This document shows, piece after piece, positions 43,281-57,169 of a stretch of DNA of 64,000 bases. The stretch is from Octopus vulgaris. Taxonomy: Eukaryota. The DNA lies in assembly GCA_951406725.2 (NCBI GenBank), contig OX597822.1, positions 22,568,001 through 22,632,000 of the forward strand, read 5' to 3'. The notes beneath the pieces were generated by a model. It saw only the letters and a program-made list of their open reading frames with translations, did not search any database and was not told where the DNA came from. The translations under genes and the position numbers were made by a program. Positions within the stretch are counted from its first letter, which is position 1. Every line of letters starts with the position of its first letter.

Positions 43281-43376
43281 GCAGTGTCCAACTGACAGTG
43301 TCCAACTGCAGTGTCCAACTGCAGTGTCCAACTGCAGTGTCCAACTGCAGTGTCCAACTGCAGTGTCCAACTGACA
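43281..43376. repeat. 13-bp tandem repeat (cagtgtccaactg) x7
   Basis: Directly visible. Confidence 0.92.
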
Positions 43377-44639
43377 GAGGTCTGTGAGTACCTGATGGCA
43401 CTGAAGGTGCCAGGCACTCTACCTTGGTTTAGGTTTCATCCAGGACTACTGCTCTACCAAAGAGATGAGCTGTGGAGAAGCATGTCTAACAAACAGCAAT
43501 CACTTCTGCTCACTGTTAAGAAGCTGGAGATGTCATAACTTCAAAACATGTCCATGCATCATTGGTCACAGCATACCCAGTCCATACAACAGATACTGAC
43601 AACAAATGAATTGTCTGACTAGCCGAGTACATCCCCTCTGCAAAAAGAGAAATAGTAAACATTCCATCCTGGTTTGCCATGAAGTGGGACAAAGTATAAC
43701 GGTCAGGCAGTAATAGATGACAGACACAATATAAGCATTTGCCACCTCTGCTCAGTACTTCAAGGATAGTTTATCCCATCTTTGAGTGTGAGAAGGCACC
43801 CTGTGCATTATTTCTTCCCTATTCTTGTTCACCTGTAGGTCTGGACCAAGCCAAACCCTGAACAATTTAACTGGTCCATCTATCGAGTCACCTACAATGC
43901 TGTTGAGTGAGTGGATTTGATAGAAGGAAACTGATAGACACTCATCATATATATCTGTGTGTGTGTGTGTGTTGTTTACCCAACAACCACTTGACAACTG
44001 GTGTTGTTTTGTTTATGTCCCTGTAACTTAGCATTTCAGTAATAAAGACTTAGTATAAGTACTAAACTTACAAAAATAAGTACTGCTGTTGATTTGCTTG
44101 ACAAAACCCTTCAATCAGTGCCCCTGCATGGCTGCAGTCCAATGGCTAAAACAAGTGAAAAATAGAAAATATAACAAAAGTGTTCAATATAAAATAACTT
44201 TACAGATCATAATATCTAAATTTAAGAATTATATAATATATCTTTGTAAATCTTGTTTATATTTGTGTATACTGGTGTAAAACGATGTGTAGAGTTGCAT
44301 CATTTCACACTAGTAGGTAACTGAATATTCATAAGTGGAGATTGATAAAATAAGTACTGTACTAAAATAAGTACTAAAATTGATAGGATTGGCTAAAACC
44401 CTTACATAGTCTAATGACTGAAATCAGTAAAAGAATAGGAATACAACTTCAAAGTCTCTTTTTGTTGGGGAGGAGAAATAATCATTTATATTGATTCAAG
44501 TATTTGTAAATATCTTATTGATTCTGGGAGAATGAAAGCTAATTCAACCATAGCTGGATCAGAACTCTATATAATACCAGATGTAACTAAATGGCACAAG
44601 AAATTCATTTTACCACTCTGGTTCTGCTGTCCAAGAGAA

Positions 44640-44857
44640 TTAACCCATTTGTTACCATATTTCTGTGCTTCTTTCAAGTAATTTTAAATATAACAAAGAA
44701 TTTAGTAAAATAACTTAATTATCGTTAAGCTAGTGTTAGAAACATAAATTGTGACTAAGGTTTGGTGGAAGATTTTAATTCAAAACTTTTGAAATCAAGA
44801 CATTTGTACTATAGACCCAGATGTGGTTTTGGGTGAGTTGGTATCAAAAGGATTAAT
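44640..44857. mobile_element. piggyBac-type MITE
   Basis: ttaacccatttgttacca ... tggtatcaaaaggattaa imperfect TIRs with TTAA ends. Confidence 0.55.
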
Positions 44858-46049
44858 ACTTTCTACTATAGGCAGAAGGCCTGAAATTTTGAAGGAAAGG
44901 GTTGGTTGATTACACCGACCACAGTGTTCAACTGGTACTTATTTTATTAACACCAAAAAGGATGAAGGACAAAGTCAGCCTCAGAATCTGAACTCAGAAC
45001 ATTAAGATAGAAGAAATGCCACAAAGCATTTTGTCCAGGATGCTAATAGTTCTGTCAGCTCATTGCCTTAATAAATAATTTAGACACCAGGCTAGCAATT
45101 TTGGAGGTTGGGGATTTGTGATACTTTCAAACCCAGTACTGGGCCTCAGAATATAAAAAATTGAAAGAAATACCTCAAGACATTTTGTCTGATGCTTTAA
45201 TTATTCTGCCGATCCTCAACCTGAATAGTAATAGTAATAATAATTCTTTCCAATTTTGGCACAAGGCCTGAAATTTTGGTGGGAGAAGTGAGTCAATTAC
45301 ATCAACCCCATTTCTTAACTGGTACTTTATTTCATCGATCCCAAAAGGACGCAAGGCAAAGTTGACCTCAGTGGTAATTGAATTCAGAATGCAAAAAGCT
45401 GGAAAAAATGCAAACAATTTTGCCAGCTTGGCACTTCAATAATAATAATAATGGTTACATGATTCATACTTTGTTTTTCTTCCAAATATTGATGAATTAA
45501 AGCTGACCTCAGTAGAAATTAAACTCAGAAGATAAAGCTATTTTGTCTGATACAATTCTGATAATTTGCCTCTGAATAATAATAGATTTCAAATAGAAAT
45601 AACATGTCAGTTACTGTGGATAAGTACTATCAAATTGGTTGTTTAGTGTGTTAAATTCTCGTCCCCCAGATTCAATAAGGTGCCAGCTTATTCCTTTAAA
45701 GGATCTAAAAAATTTTAACCCCAGGTCACCTTTTACCCAGCAGACTTAGAACCAAAAGTGTTCCAGACGTGCCCATCTTGCTTTTTTTTTTTATCTAGTA
45801 CATTATTCAGTGTGTACGTTTTTTTTTAATGATAATGGGGTATTATTTGAAGGAAAATTAGGTAATTGCTAGCAGGCTGAAACTCATATAGAAGTTGTGT
45901 TGCTTGAATGTCAGCTTCCAAAAGCATTGAGCTAAACCGTATTGTTAGGATTGCATTTATGTTCTTGTATTTTTGTGGCACCCATCCAAACCATTGTCAT
46001 CATTTCCTACAAGTAAAGCTATTAAAACAACTTTGTTATTCTTTTATTT

Positions 46050-46460
46050 TTTTATTTTACTTGTTTCAGTCATTAGACTGCGGCCATGCTGGGGCACCAT
46101 TTTGAAGAACTTTTAGTCAAACTAATCAACCCCAGTACTTATTTTAAAGCCTGGTACTTATTTTAAAGCCTGGTACTTATTCTATTGGTCTCATTTGCTG
46201 AATTACTTGGTTACAGGGATGTAAACACATCAACACAGTGTGTTACACTGTGTCAAGTGGTGGTAGAGGATAAACACAGACGCATACATACATAGATATA
46301 TATACAACGGGCTTCTTTAAGTTTCTCTCTACCAAATCCACTCACAAAGCTTTGGTCAGCCTGAGACTATAGTAGAAGACACTTGCCCAAGGTGCCACAC
46401 AGTGGGACTGAACTCAGGATCATTTGGTTGGGAAACAAACTTCTTACCACACAGCCATGC
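46050..46460 (-). mobile_element. CORE-type SINE
   Basis: Same family as 23546-23957. Confidence 0.78.
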
Positions 46461-47359
46461 TACTTTTGTATTTTTATTGTTTTTAATTTGTGTTCAAATT
46501 AGAAGAACAAGATTTTTGCTGCAGATTCTTTTGGTTTATTGCAATTTTCATTTTTGTTGTTTATTATTGATAAAAGTATGCTTAACTTTCAATTACAGAG
46601 AAGAGAAGAAACTAAAAGCTTTGGGCTTTGACCATCATCAGTGAAGAAGACAGAGGAGGTGGTATTGCCATTTAGTTGCTTGTAACAAAGCTAACATCAT
46701 TCTCTCTCTCACTCTCACCTAGATGAAAAGCAAAGATCCAAAACTTTAAATTTTTTTGCATCAATTGAATTTATCAAATTCTTGTATTGTTCTTTAGACA
46801 AACTTGCTGATTCAGACTGTCACTCACATCCTAAGGTCTCAGATTTTGCCTTAATTTTCAAGCACCTACAGATAACGAGTAGTGAATAGCTACAACTTGC
46901 AGGCCCACCTGCTCCAGCAAACAACATAAAACACAGAAACTAATGGTGCTTTGTTTAGAGCCAGAGAACAATAATTCAATTCCTTCTAGAAGCATTAAAA
47001 TCTGTGCTTTTTTTTAAAACCCCACCCCACTCCCACCCACCTAGACATGAAAAAAGCTGTCATAGGTTTTAACATATAAAACTTACAACTGCAAACACAG
47101 ACACACAAATTTAGATATATGTATATACACATACTTTTAGCAGAATTCAATTGCATACACATTTACACATCCATATTCACACATGCACATATAGTTACAC
47201 ATACCTAATCACGCACAGTGACCCAGCTATATACACTTGCATATAGCACGCAGCTAAATATACCTGTATACATACACACATACAATGACAAAAATTCACA
47301 CAGATGCAGGCATACAACTACCTAAACATAAGCAAACATCTACCCACACAAGATGCACA

Positions 47360-47970
<611 letters not shown>

Positions 47971-48464
47971 ACAGCTACCAAGACACACATAGAAAGGCAC
48001 CACAGATATTTCATGGAGATATACCAGTGTACACATGCATGCAGACATGCAAGCACATGCATAGTGACACACCCACATGTACACATCAGCCTCTCTTTGA
48101 TATCACATGCTATATTACATCTGATACGCCTATCTAAGGCAACAGGCAGTGAATATTATATTTCTTCACTTATTTATCCAATGGAGGAATCACAACAACA
48201 ACAAATGCTTTTCAGCAGAGGGTCTTATTTTTTTTGTGTTTTGGGGAAATTTTTTGCCTGTATGTGTGTGCATGCATTTTCAGTGCATATTACGTGCTTG
48301 TATAAACATGTGTGTGTGTGCGTGTGTGAGTAAACACATGTTTATAGGAATATGCATATATATATATATATACTGGTATGTAGTCAGATACATGCATATA
48401 TACATACACATGCAAGCTTGTGCATGCATGTAAATGTATGTGTGTGTGCATGCTCACACACACA

Positions 48465-48495
48465 CATATATATATATGCATATTTGTGTATATAG

Positions 48496-48545
<50 letters not shown>

Positions 48546-48559
48546 GCATGTATATATGC

Positions 48560-48633
<74 letters not shown>

Positions 48634-48701
48634 ATATATATATATATATAAATATCCATATATATATATATACTTATATATATGCATATATATATAAATA
48701 T

Positions 48702-48788
<87 letters not shown>

Positions 48789-48823
48789 GTATGTATATAT
48801 ATATATATATATATATATGCATG

Positions 48824-48871
<48 letters not shown>

Positions 48872-48900
48872 TATATGCATATATATATGCATGTGTGTGT
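48465..48900. repeat. (TA)n microsatellite
   Basis: Directly visible. Confidence 0.97.
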
Positions 48901-49859
48901 GTGAATAAACATGTATGTTTGTATGAAAAAGCATGTGTGTATGTGTATCTGCTTGAGATTATATGAATATACATACAAGCATGCATGAGAGTTTGTATGA
49001 ATATTCATAGTGTTTGTGCATGAGTGTTTAAATGAATATACATGCATCTGTGTGTGTGTCTATGTGTGTATTTACTTGAATATATAAGCCTGTGCTTATA
49101 TGAATATACATTTGTGAATGTTTATATGAACATGCGTGCATATGTGTGTGTTTACATCAACACACTTGCATGTGTGTGAGTTTATATGATCGTATATGCA
49201 CGTGTGAGTGTTTATATGAATATACATTAGAGATGCATGTAATTCTATGAATATACGTGTGTGTGTGTGTCTTGGTGTTTATATATTCATATATTATTTC
49301 AGTATCTATGCAGGAATTTTTTTTCTTATACATGCCTCTGTGTAGATTATGTGTGTATAAATTTATCTAAATTATATGAGTGAATATGTTTTAGATATAT
49401 ACTTGTGTGTGTGTGTGCATGCGTGTGTGTGTGTGTGTGTGTGCGTGCGCTTGATTATATGTATGTCACATATGCACTTGTGTGTACGTATATGGATTTC
49501 AGTTTACATACAAACGCATAGGTACAGGAATGGTTGTGTGGTTAAAAGTTTGGCTCCCAAATATGTGGTCTTGGGTTCATCTCTGTGCTGTACCTTAAAC
49601 CAACCAACACCTCTTGTGAAGGAATTTGATAGATGGAAACTATAAGAAGCCCACTGCATGTATGTGTGTGTGTGGCTGCAAAGTTCATAGACTGACCAAA
49701 ATACTCTCATAGAATGGAACCAGATGAGGTTAATTTTTCGACATAGACCCCCTTACAGTCAGTCCACAAACTTCTACTGGTATTGCAGAACTTGGTTCTC
49801 CCATGGGTGAAGAAGTTTTCATTCTGTCGCTCAAAAAAGTCAGTGCAGCAATATCGAAG

Positions 49860-51610
49860 GAAGGCTAACTGGGAAGATAGTTTTTGTGTGTGGCAATTGC
49901 TCAGGAGCAATAAACACTGAAAATATGCAGAAAACAGCTTCCATCACATGCCAGGGGAAAAACCCAGAAGTAGTCAATAGCTTCCATTACTTAGGTGAGC
50001 AAGTCAGTAGCTAGGGTCGATGCTCTGAGTATACTCTTTACTCTTTTACTTGTTTCAGTCATTTCACTGCGGCCATGCTGGAGCACTGCCTTTAGTCAAG
50101 CAAATCAACCCCAGGACTTATTCTTTGTAAGCCCAGTACTTATTCTATCGGTCTCTTTTGCCGAACCGCTAAGTAACGGGGATGTAAACACACCAGCATC
50201 GGTTGTCAAGCAATGCTAGGGGGACAAACACAGACACACACACACATACACATATATATATACATACATACGACGGGCTTCTTTCAGTTTCCGTCTACCA
50301 AATCCACTCACAAGGCTTTGGTCGGCCCGAGGCTATAGTAGAAGACACTTGCCCAAGATGCCACGCAGTGGGACTGAACCCGGAACCATGTGGTTGGTTA
50401 GCAAGCTACTTACCACACAGCCACTCCTATGTAGCTTTTAGTATGTAGCTTTTAGAATAAGAATAGCCTGGGCAAAGTTCAGGGACCTCCAACCTCTGCT
50501 GGGGACAAGGGCCTATTGCTCAGAGTAAAAGGTAGACTGTATGACGCATGTGTGCAAACAGCTGTACTACATGGCAGTGAAACATGGGCCATGACTGCTG
50601 AAGACATGCATAAACTTGCAAGGTATGAAGCTAGTATGCTCCACTGGATGTGTAATGTCAGTGTGCATACACGACAGTGTAAGCACCCTGAGAGAAAAGT
50701 TGGACATAAGAAGCATCAGATATGGTATGCAAGAGAGACGTCTGCACTGGTATGGTCATGTATTGCATATGGATGAGGGCAGCTGCGTGAAAAAGTGTCA
50801 CACCCTAGCATTAGAGGGAACCTGTGGAAGAGGTAGACCCAGGAAGACCTGGGTTGAGGTGGTGAAGCACAACCTTCAAATGTTGGGCCTCACAGAATGA
50901 TAACAAGTAACTGAAACCTTTGGAGATATGCTGTACTTGAGAAGACCTGGAAAGCCAAGTTAGACCATAACCATGACCTTTGCCAGTGCAGCATAACCAG
51001 CCCATTTAAGAGTACTCTTCAATCATTGGTCAATAAACTGTGCTTTTGAAAACCTGTTGAGTCAAGTGAAGTCCTTGTTGTGGCCAATGACAGCACTGCC
51101 TGATTGTCAACAATGCCAGTGGCACGTAGAAAGCACCATTCACTCATGGTCAATGTCAGTGCTGCTTGACTGGTCTTGTGCTGATAGCACATAAAAAGCA
51201 CCATTTGTGTGTGATTGTTGCCAGTGCCACCTGACTGGGTCTCATGCTGGTGGCACGTAAAAAGCACCATTTGAGCATGGTCAATGCCAGTGCCATCTGA
51301 CTAGTTCCATGCCGGTGGCACATAAGAAGCACCAGTTGAGTGTGGCTCTCATGCTGGTGGCATGTAAAAAACACCATTCAAACTTGGTTGATGCCAGTAC
51401 CGCCTGACTAGCCTTCATGATGGTGGCACGTAAAAAGCACCCACTACACTCTTGGAGTGGTTTTGACATAAGGAAGGGCATCAAGCCATAGAAACTTTTC
51501 CAGATCAGATTGGAGCCTGGTGCAACCTTCTGGCTTGCCAACCCTCAGTCAAACCATCCAACCCATACCAGCATGGAAAGCGGACGTTAAACGATGATGA
51601 TGATGATGAT
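49860..51610 (+). mobile_element. 5'-truncated RTE LINE inserted in the mariner
   Basis: EVVNSFHYLG, AWAKFR, RVKGRLYDACVQ, WYGHVL, GRGRPRKTW, repeat-rich 3' UTR, (GAT)n tail. Confidence 0.88.
50033..50428 (-). mobile_element. Young CORE-type SINE inserted in the RTE
   Basis: Near-consensus copy; RTE coding similarity resumes on either side. Confidence 0.88.
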
Positions 51611-52496
51611 CCCAGAGATACTGGTTCCCAGCCAAGTGTTTTTTTTATGTTGGCAAAAAACAGATAATGCTCAAATGGGACAAAAATCTGGAGAATATGG
51701 AAGTTGATCAACTAGTTCAAAGCCACTATCAATCACAGCAACCACTGAAGCCAAGAACTGGTATGCTGGAGCATTGTCCTGTCTTCATCAGTTTTCCTGG
51801 TTATTTTGTCTTAATAGTCATTCATAACTACCTCAGCAAATTGGCATAATCCTCACCATTGGTGGTGTGGTCCTTTGAAGATAGTCAATAAATACAAGGC
51901 TCTTTGCTTCCCAAAAAACTGAGTCCACCACACTCCCTGCAGATGAAACAACCTTGGACTTCTTTGGAGCAGGAGAGGAGGGGTGTTTCCACTACAAGGA
52001 TTATCTCTTTGTTGGACTCACCACTCTGAGCTAGAAACAGTCATCCTGGTTTGGGAAACATTCAAGGAAATCAGATGGATCTGACTCAAATGTTTTCAGG
52101 AGACAGAAGACATGACACCCACTGAAAGGAACATTTGTCTTGCCAAGTTCTCTCATGGGATATGCTAATTGCATTTGCTATCTGATCGCCTGTCATCTAT
52201 TGCTATGACAGTCAATCACTTGTCATCTATCACCATGTGGTGAACATGATCAAAGTTTTCTTTAAGAGTGGCAATTGCAGGACGTCCAAACCCTGGCTTC
52301 TCTTCAAGACTTTCCCTTCCGCTCCTAAATTCAGCTATCCAATTTTGCACTGTTGACAAAGCTGGCATGTCATTCCCTAATGTAGCAACCATGTCAGCAT
52401 AAATATTGCTGGGGGCTGAATCCTTTTTTCTGCTGGTACTTGATAACACCACTATGCCAAATTTTGTCCATTTTCAAGAGTAGTCCCTACTAGTTA

Positions 52497-53009
52497 TATT
52501 GGGTTGTCCAGAAAGTTTGTGCTGACTTTCAAAGGAAAGTAAAAGGACAATAAATATTTGCCATTACATTTTTAATCAACCAAATATGCCATGAAACCAA
52601 GTGGTTTCATGGCAAAGAATTCATCAAGGTATTTTTTTATGTCATTCAAGGAATTGAAATTTTTACCATTAAGACTATTCTGCAGAGACCTGAATAAGTG
52701 GAAATCCGAAGGAGCAATATCTGGTGAATATGGAGGATGGGATAACACATCCCAGCCGAGCAGCAGTAATTTTTGTCTGGTTCCCAAAGCATCAAGTGCC
52801 GAAAATGAACTTTCTTATCTTCCATTTTAAAGGGTTACAGAATTAACACAGGTTATAGGAACAGAAACCTTCCTCCACGAAAAGATAGTTTAATCTGTGC
52901 TCTAAATGGAGGTGTAGTGAAATCCTATTTTATGGATTCAACCGTGTTCTAAAATAAGTCAAAAGGTAAGCTACTACAAATCGGCATGAACTTTCCGGAC
53001 AATCCAATA
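52497..53009 (-). mobile_element. Internally deleted mariner of a second family, inserted in the first
   Basis: TIRs tattgggttgtccagaaagtt / aactttccggacaatccaata; residual HPPYSPDIAPSDFHLFRSL. Confidence 0.85.
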
Positions 53010-53239
53010 TTTTTTAAGTCTTCTTTAAACAGCAAGATGTCAGTTTCTGCTAGAAAGAAACAATATAGCTTTTAATAAGATTTGAAATTAATGCATGCAA
53101 GATTTCACAGCCCTAGCTTCATTCCTTCATTGTCAGCCTATGAACTTTTCAACCCACACTCATATATTGATATTTCAAGTGCATCACCATTTGAGCAAAA
53201 CAATGATGGTATTTTCATTTCTTGTTGATAAAATCAAAA

Positions 53240-53792
53240 TCAAAATCGATGACTGGCGTCCGTGCTAGCAGGGTGCAAAGAGCACCGTACGAGCGTGATC
53301 ATTGACAGAGCAGCTAACCGGCTTCCATGCCAGTGGCACTTAAAGGGCACCATTTGAGCGTGATCGTTACCAGCATTGCCTTACTGGCACTTGTGCCCGT
53401 GCTAGTCGGGTGCCAAGAGCACCATCCGAGCATGATCGTTGCCAGAGCAGCCAACTGGCTTCCGTGCCAGTGGCATGTAAAAGGGCACCATTCGAGTGTG
53501 ATCGTTACCAAAGTCGCCTTACTGGCACCTGTGCTGGGGGCATGTGTAAAAGGATTCGAGCGAGGTCGTTGCCAGTACCACTCGACTGGACCCCGTGCCG
53601 GTGGCACGTAAAAAGCACCCACTACACTCTCGGAGTGGTTGGCATTAGGAAGGGCATCCAGCTGTAGAAACTCTGCCAGATCAAGATTGGAGCCTGGTGC
53701 AGCCATCTGGTTCGCTATTCCTCAGTCAAAATCATCAAACCTATGCTAGCATGGAAAGCGGACATTAGACGATAATGATAATGATGATGATG
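53240..53792 (+). mobile_element. RTE 3' UTR-derived element with ~60-bp subrepeats
   Basis: Five to six units of gccagtggca..aaaag(g)gcacc...gagcgtgatcgtt followed by the standard tail and (GAT)n. Confidence 0.8.
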
Positions 53793-53977
53793 ACTTGTCA
53801 TTCTGACCTATCAAAGACCAGTGGAATAAAATATCCTCCATTTGGAAAAACAGATAAGGGTTGGTGACAGGAAGAGCTTCCAGCCATAAAAACCTGCCTA
53901 GCGTAAGTTCCTCTCCATCCTATATTAACATAGAAAAGACACAAAGCAAACAAATGAACATATGTAAATACAGATGA

Positions 53978-54038
<61 letters not shown>

Positions 54039-54415
54039 TGTGTAACTACATGTTCAGATGTGTGTGCATGATATGTACTAATAAGAATATAAACATGTGT
54101 CATACCTATGTATGTATGTACATTTATGTGTATATGTACTAATGAGTGTTTCCATTCTACTATGTAACAAGTATATTTTTGTATATCATTCTATGTGTTT
54201 ATATGCGAGTATGTGTATGTATGTGTAAATATTACATTAAAAAATATCTATTAGGATGCAATTATGATATGATTTTGATAATTTACGCATCACACTTAAT
54301 ATTCATATCTATCTATGTATAGGCACGTGCAAGTGTGTATGTCAATAGTTTGAGAAACAACAGATAAAAAATGCACAAAACTTATTTTTCACCACCACAC
54401 AGGGAAGTTTTGCTT

Positions 54416-54487
54416 AAAAGAATATGCAAAATTATAAACACTGAAATTAAAAATATTGCTGTTATCTATCTATCTATCTATCTCTCG

Positions 54488-54526
<39 letters not shown>

Positions 54527-54545
54527 AAGAGAGAGAGAGAGAGAG

Positions 54546-54603
<58 letters not shown>

Positions 54604-54850
54604 GTTTCTTTATTGGCCACACAGGGCTGCACACAGATGGGACAAGTTACAAGGTAGAGCTTTTCTTTTGGGGGATGAAAAAAACAAAAAACAAAAGAAA
54701 CAAAAAAAAAGGGGTGGCGTAGGTTTTCAATCAAGAGGGATCGTAAAAGGGAAGAAAAGAACAAAAAAAAATAAAATAAAAATATTAAAAAATTAAAATA
54801 AAAAAAAGAAGAAAAGGAAAAGGAACAAAAGAAAAGAGAAATGAAAAAAG

Positions 54851-54942
<92 letters not shown>

Positions 54943-54993
54943 GATAACAGCAATATTTTTAATTTCAGTGTTTTTAATTTTGCATATTCTTTT
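54416..54993. repeat. Foldback palindrome around (ATCT)(CT)(TA)(AG)(AGAT) core, with a retroposon 3' end inserted at 54602-54850
   Basis: aaaagaatatgcaaaattataaacactgaaattaaaaatattgctgttatc is the reverse complement of 54941-54993 (1 mismatch). Confidence 0.85.
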
Positions 54994-55258
54994 TGAAATA
55001 GCTAAACACTTTATATTACAATTATGAATTGTTTGGTGTCAGCTAGAAGTAACAATCAAATCCCTCTCAAATCAAATTCTACAACTTCAATTATGCTGGG
55101 TGTATAAGACCCCCAGTGTAGACTCTCATAGATAATAAAAGTAGGATAATCACATCTGGAAGGCCTTTAACCATAAGTTTCCCCATCATGATGGACTTGA
55201 GGCAAAACAACAACAGTGATGTTGCTTACAATATTAATGCCCTGAACAGCAACAGCAG

Positions 55259-55575
55259 TGGAGGTTCAATGGCCCAGTGGTTAGGGCAGTGGACTCGCGG
55301 TCGGAGGATCGCAGTTTCGATTCGCAGACTGGGCGTTGTGTGTGTTTATTGAGTGAGGCTCCGGCAGGGGGGGGGGGGCGACCCCTGTTGTACTCTTTCG
55401 CCCCAACTTTCTCTCACTCTTTCTCCCTGTTTCTTGTCTTGATGCTCTTGGTGTCAGGGGTTGACCTGCTTTCTCTTCTGCGGGTCTTACGAATAGCAAA
55501 GGACCACGTTTCGGACTTCTCCCATCTTGCAAGCTCTGGGACGAAGACCGTTTGCTCAACAGCAACAGCAACAGC
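55259..55575 (+). mobile_element. tRNA-derived SINE with alternative 3' tail and (CAACAG)n end
   Basis: A box tggcccagtggttagg, B box gtttcgattc; body matches 20250-20552 to ~55435 and then diverges. Confidence 0.75.
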
Positions 55576-56489
55576 ATCAGTCACATGTACTTGTGTAGTA
55601 TAGGTAGGATACAATCAAGATCATAATGTTATATGATGTTCTCAATAAGGTCATCTTCATATCACAGAGATAAAAAAAAAAAGAAAAAAGCAAACAGATG
55701 ATGTGGTTGTTGTTACTGCACTGTATAACCAGGAAAGTAAAAGCACATGGCTTGGTGGTTAGGGTATTCGGCTTATGATTATAAGGTCATGACTTTGATT
55801 CTTAGCAATGCATTGTGTCATTGAGCAAGATACTTTATTTCACATTGCTCCAGTCCACTCGGTTAGTGAAAATGAGTTGGACACGTAATTCAAAAGCTTT
55901 GTCATGTTCTGTGTCCTGCTGAATATACCTAAGAACAACATGAAGGCAACACATGTCTGTGGAGTGCCCCTGAGGACTACATTAGGGTACACATGTCTGT
56001 GGAGTGCTCAACCACTTGCACGTGAATTTCACAAGTGGGTTGTTCCATTAATTGGATCAACTGGAACCATTGCCATAGTAACCAATAGGGTGCCAATTTA
56101 TAACCGGGAAAGAGGATTGTCAGAGAACGTTTTTCAACATAAATATATTTGATCAAGGATGAAATTGCATGGCTAAACTAGACGTGAGAGAAATAGTAGC
56201 CACATCTCCCTTACACCACACACAATACTGTTTTACATGTGTATACGATTCTACTAGAGAGCAACTACATAAAACTAGTCAGTGGATATAGTAGCTACAT
56301 CTTTAAATTACATCCTACTTATGTGTATGCGTGTGTGTGTGTGAGCATATATGTGAGAGAGAGAGAGAGTGTGAGTATGAGAGAGAACGTGTATGAGTGC
56401 AAAAAAATATGTATGACAGTGTGAGAGTGAGAGAGAGAGAGAGAGAGAGATAGAGAGAGAGTGAGTGAAAGTGTGAAAGAAAGTCTGTG

Positions 56490-56670
56490 AGAGATTGAGT
56501 CAGTGTGCGAGAGAGTCAATATGCGTGAGGTTGAGTCAGTGTGCAAGAGAGTCAGTGTGCGAGAGAGTCAGTGTGCAAGAGAGTCAGTGTGTGAGTGAGT
56601 CAGTGTGTGAGAGAGTCAATGTGTGAGAGAGTCAGTGTGCGAGAGAGTCAATGTGTGAGAGAGTCAGTGT
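56490..56670. repeat. ~16-bp minisatellite (gagagtcagtgtgt..)
   Basis: Directly visible. Confidence 0.8.
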
Positions 56671-57169
56671 TTTGCATTTAGTGTTACATGTGAGTCAATG
56701 AAGTAGATCTGTGTTGCACTTACTCCTGCTAGAAACAGCCAAATCTCTTTCAAATCACACCATACTGACATTATGTATGTACATAAGTCAACAAGTGAGA
56801 TCTCTGCATAGTAGATAGACATGTTAAAAGCAGCAAGCTATTCTCCATCAAGTCATATTCTTTTATCTTAAGTTACTATGGCACAATATCCAAGTATTGT
56901 CAGGCACCAGTATCAGTATGCATGTATATGCAGACATGCATGCACCAGATAACATACACCCTATAATCAAGACAGAAGTGGTTAACAGAAGTTGAATATC
57001 TGTGTATTGGCATGTTTAGTTACTAAGGGGCAAAGGGAAGTAGTTAAACTAATTATTACATGGCTTTAGTAAAACCAGAACAAAGTAACTATGCTTAAGG
57101 CATAGATCTAAGTATTTAAGGTGAGGAACGTACAATTTCCTATAAATCAGACCCAAGCAGACAAAATGG

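Larger units (their letters stand above)
42630..43900 (-). mobile_element. Decayed L1/Tx1-clade LINE ORF2 fragment, interrupted by a SINE and a 13-bp tandem repeat
   Basis: CCHC zinc knuckle CMRCAQSDETTLHVLYHC (42681-42950); GPVKLFRVWLGPDLQVNKN...KLSL post-RT motif (43752-43900). Confidence 0.7.
49665..53164 (-). mobile_element. Full-span decayed mariner transposon split by nested insertions
   Basis: TIRs aaagttcatagactgac (49680) / gtcagcctatgaactttt (53132); transposase pieces at 49690-49855 and 51620-52480 (HTH region STVQNWIAEFRSGRESLEEKPGFGRP). Confidence 0.8.

Noticed and set aside
46600-46650. CTGATGA-tggtcaaagccc-AAAGCTT on the minus strand
   Set aside because: G12 missing, stem II mismatched, no stem I; at best a dead remnant.
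55490-55540. GAAA-CGTGG-TC hammerhead-like 3' half on the minus strand
   Set aside because: No CUGANGA-like core upstream.
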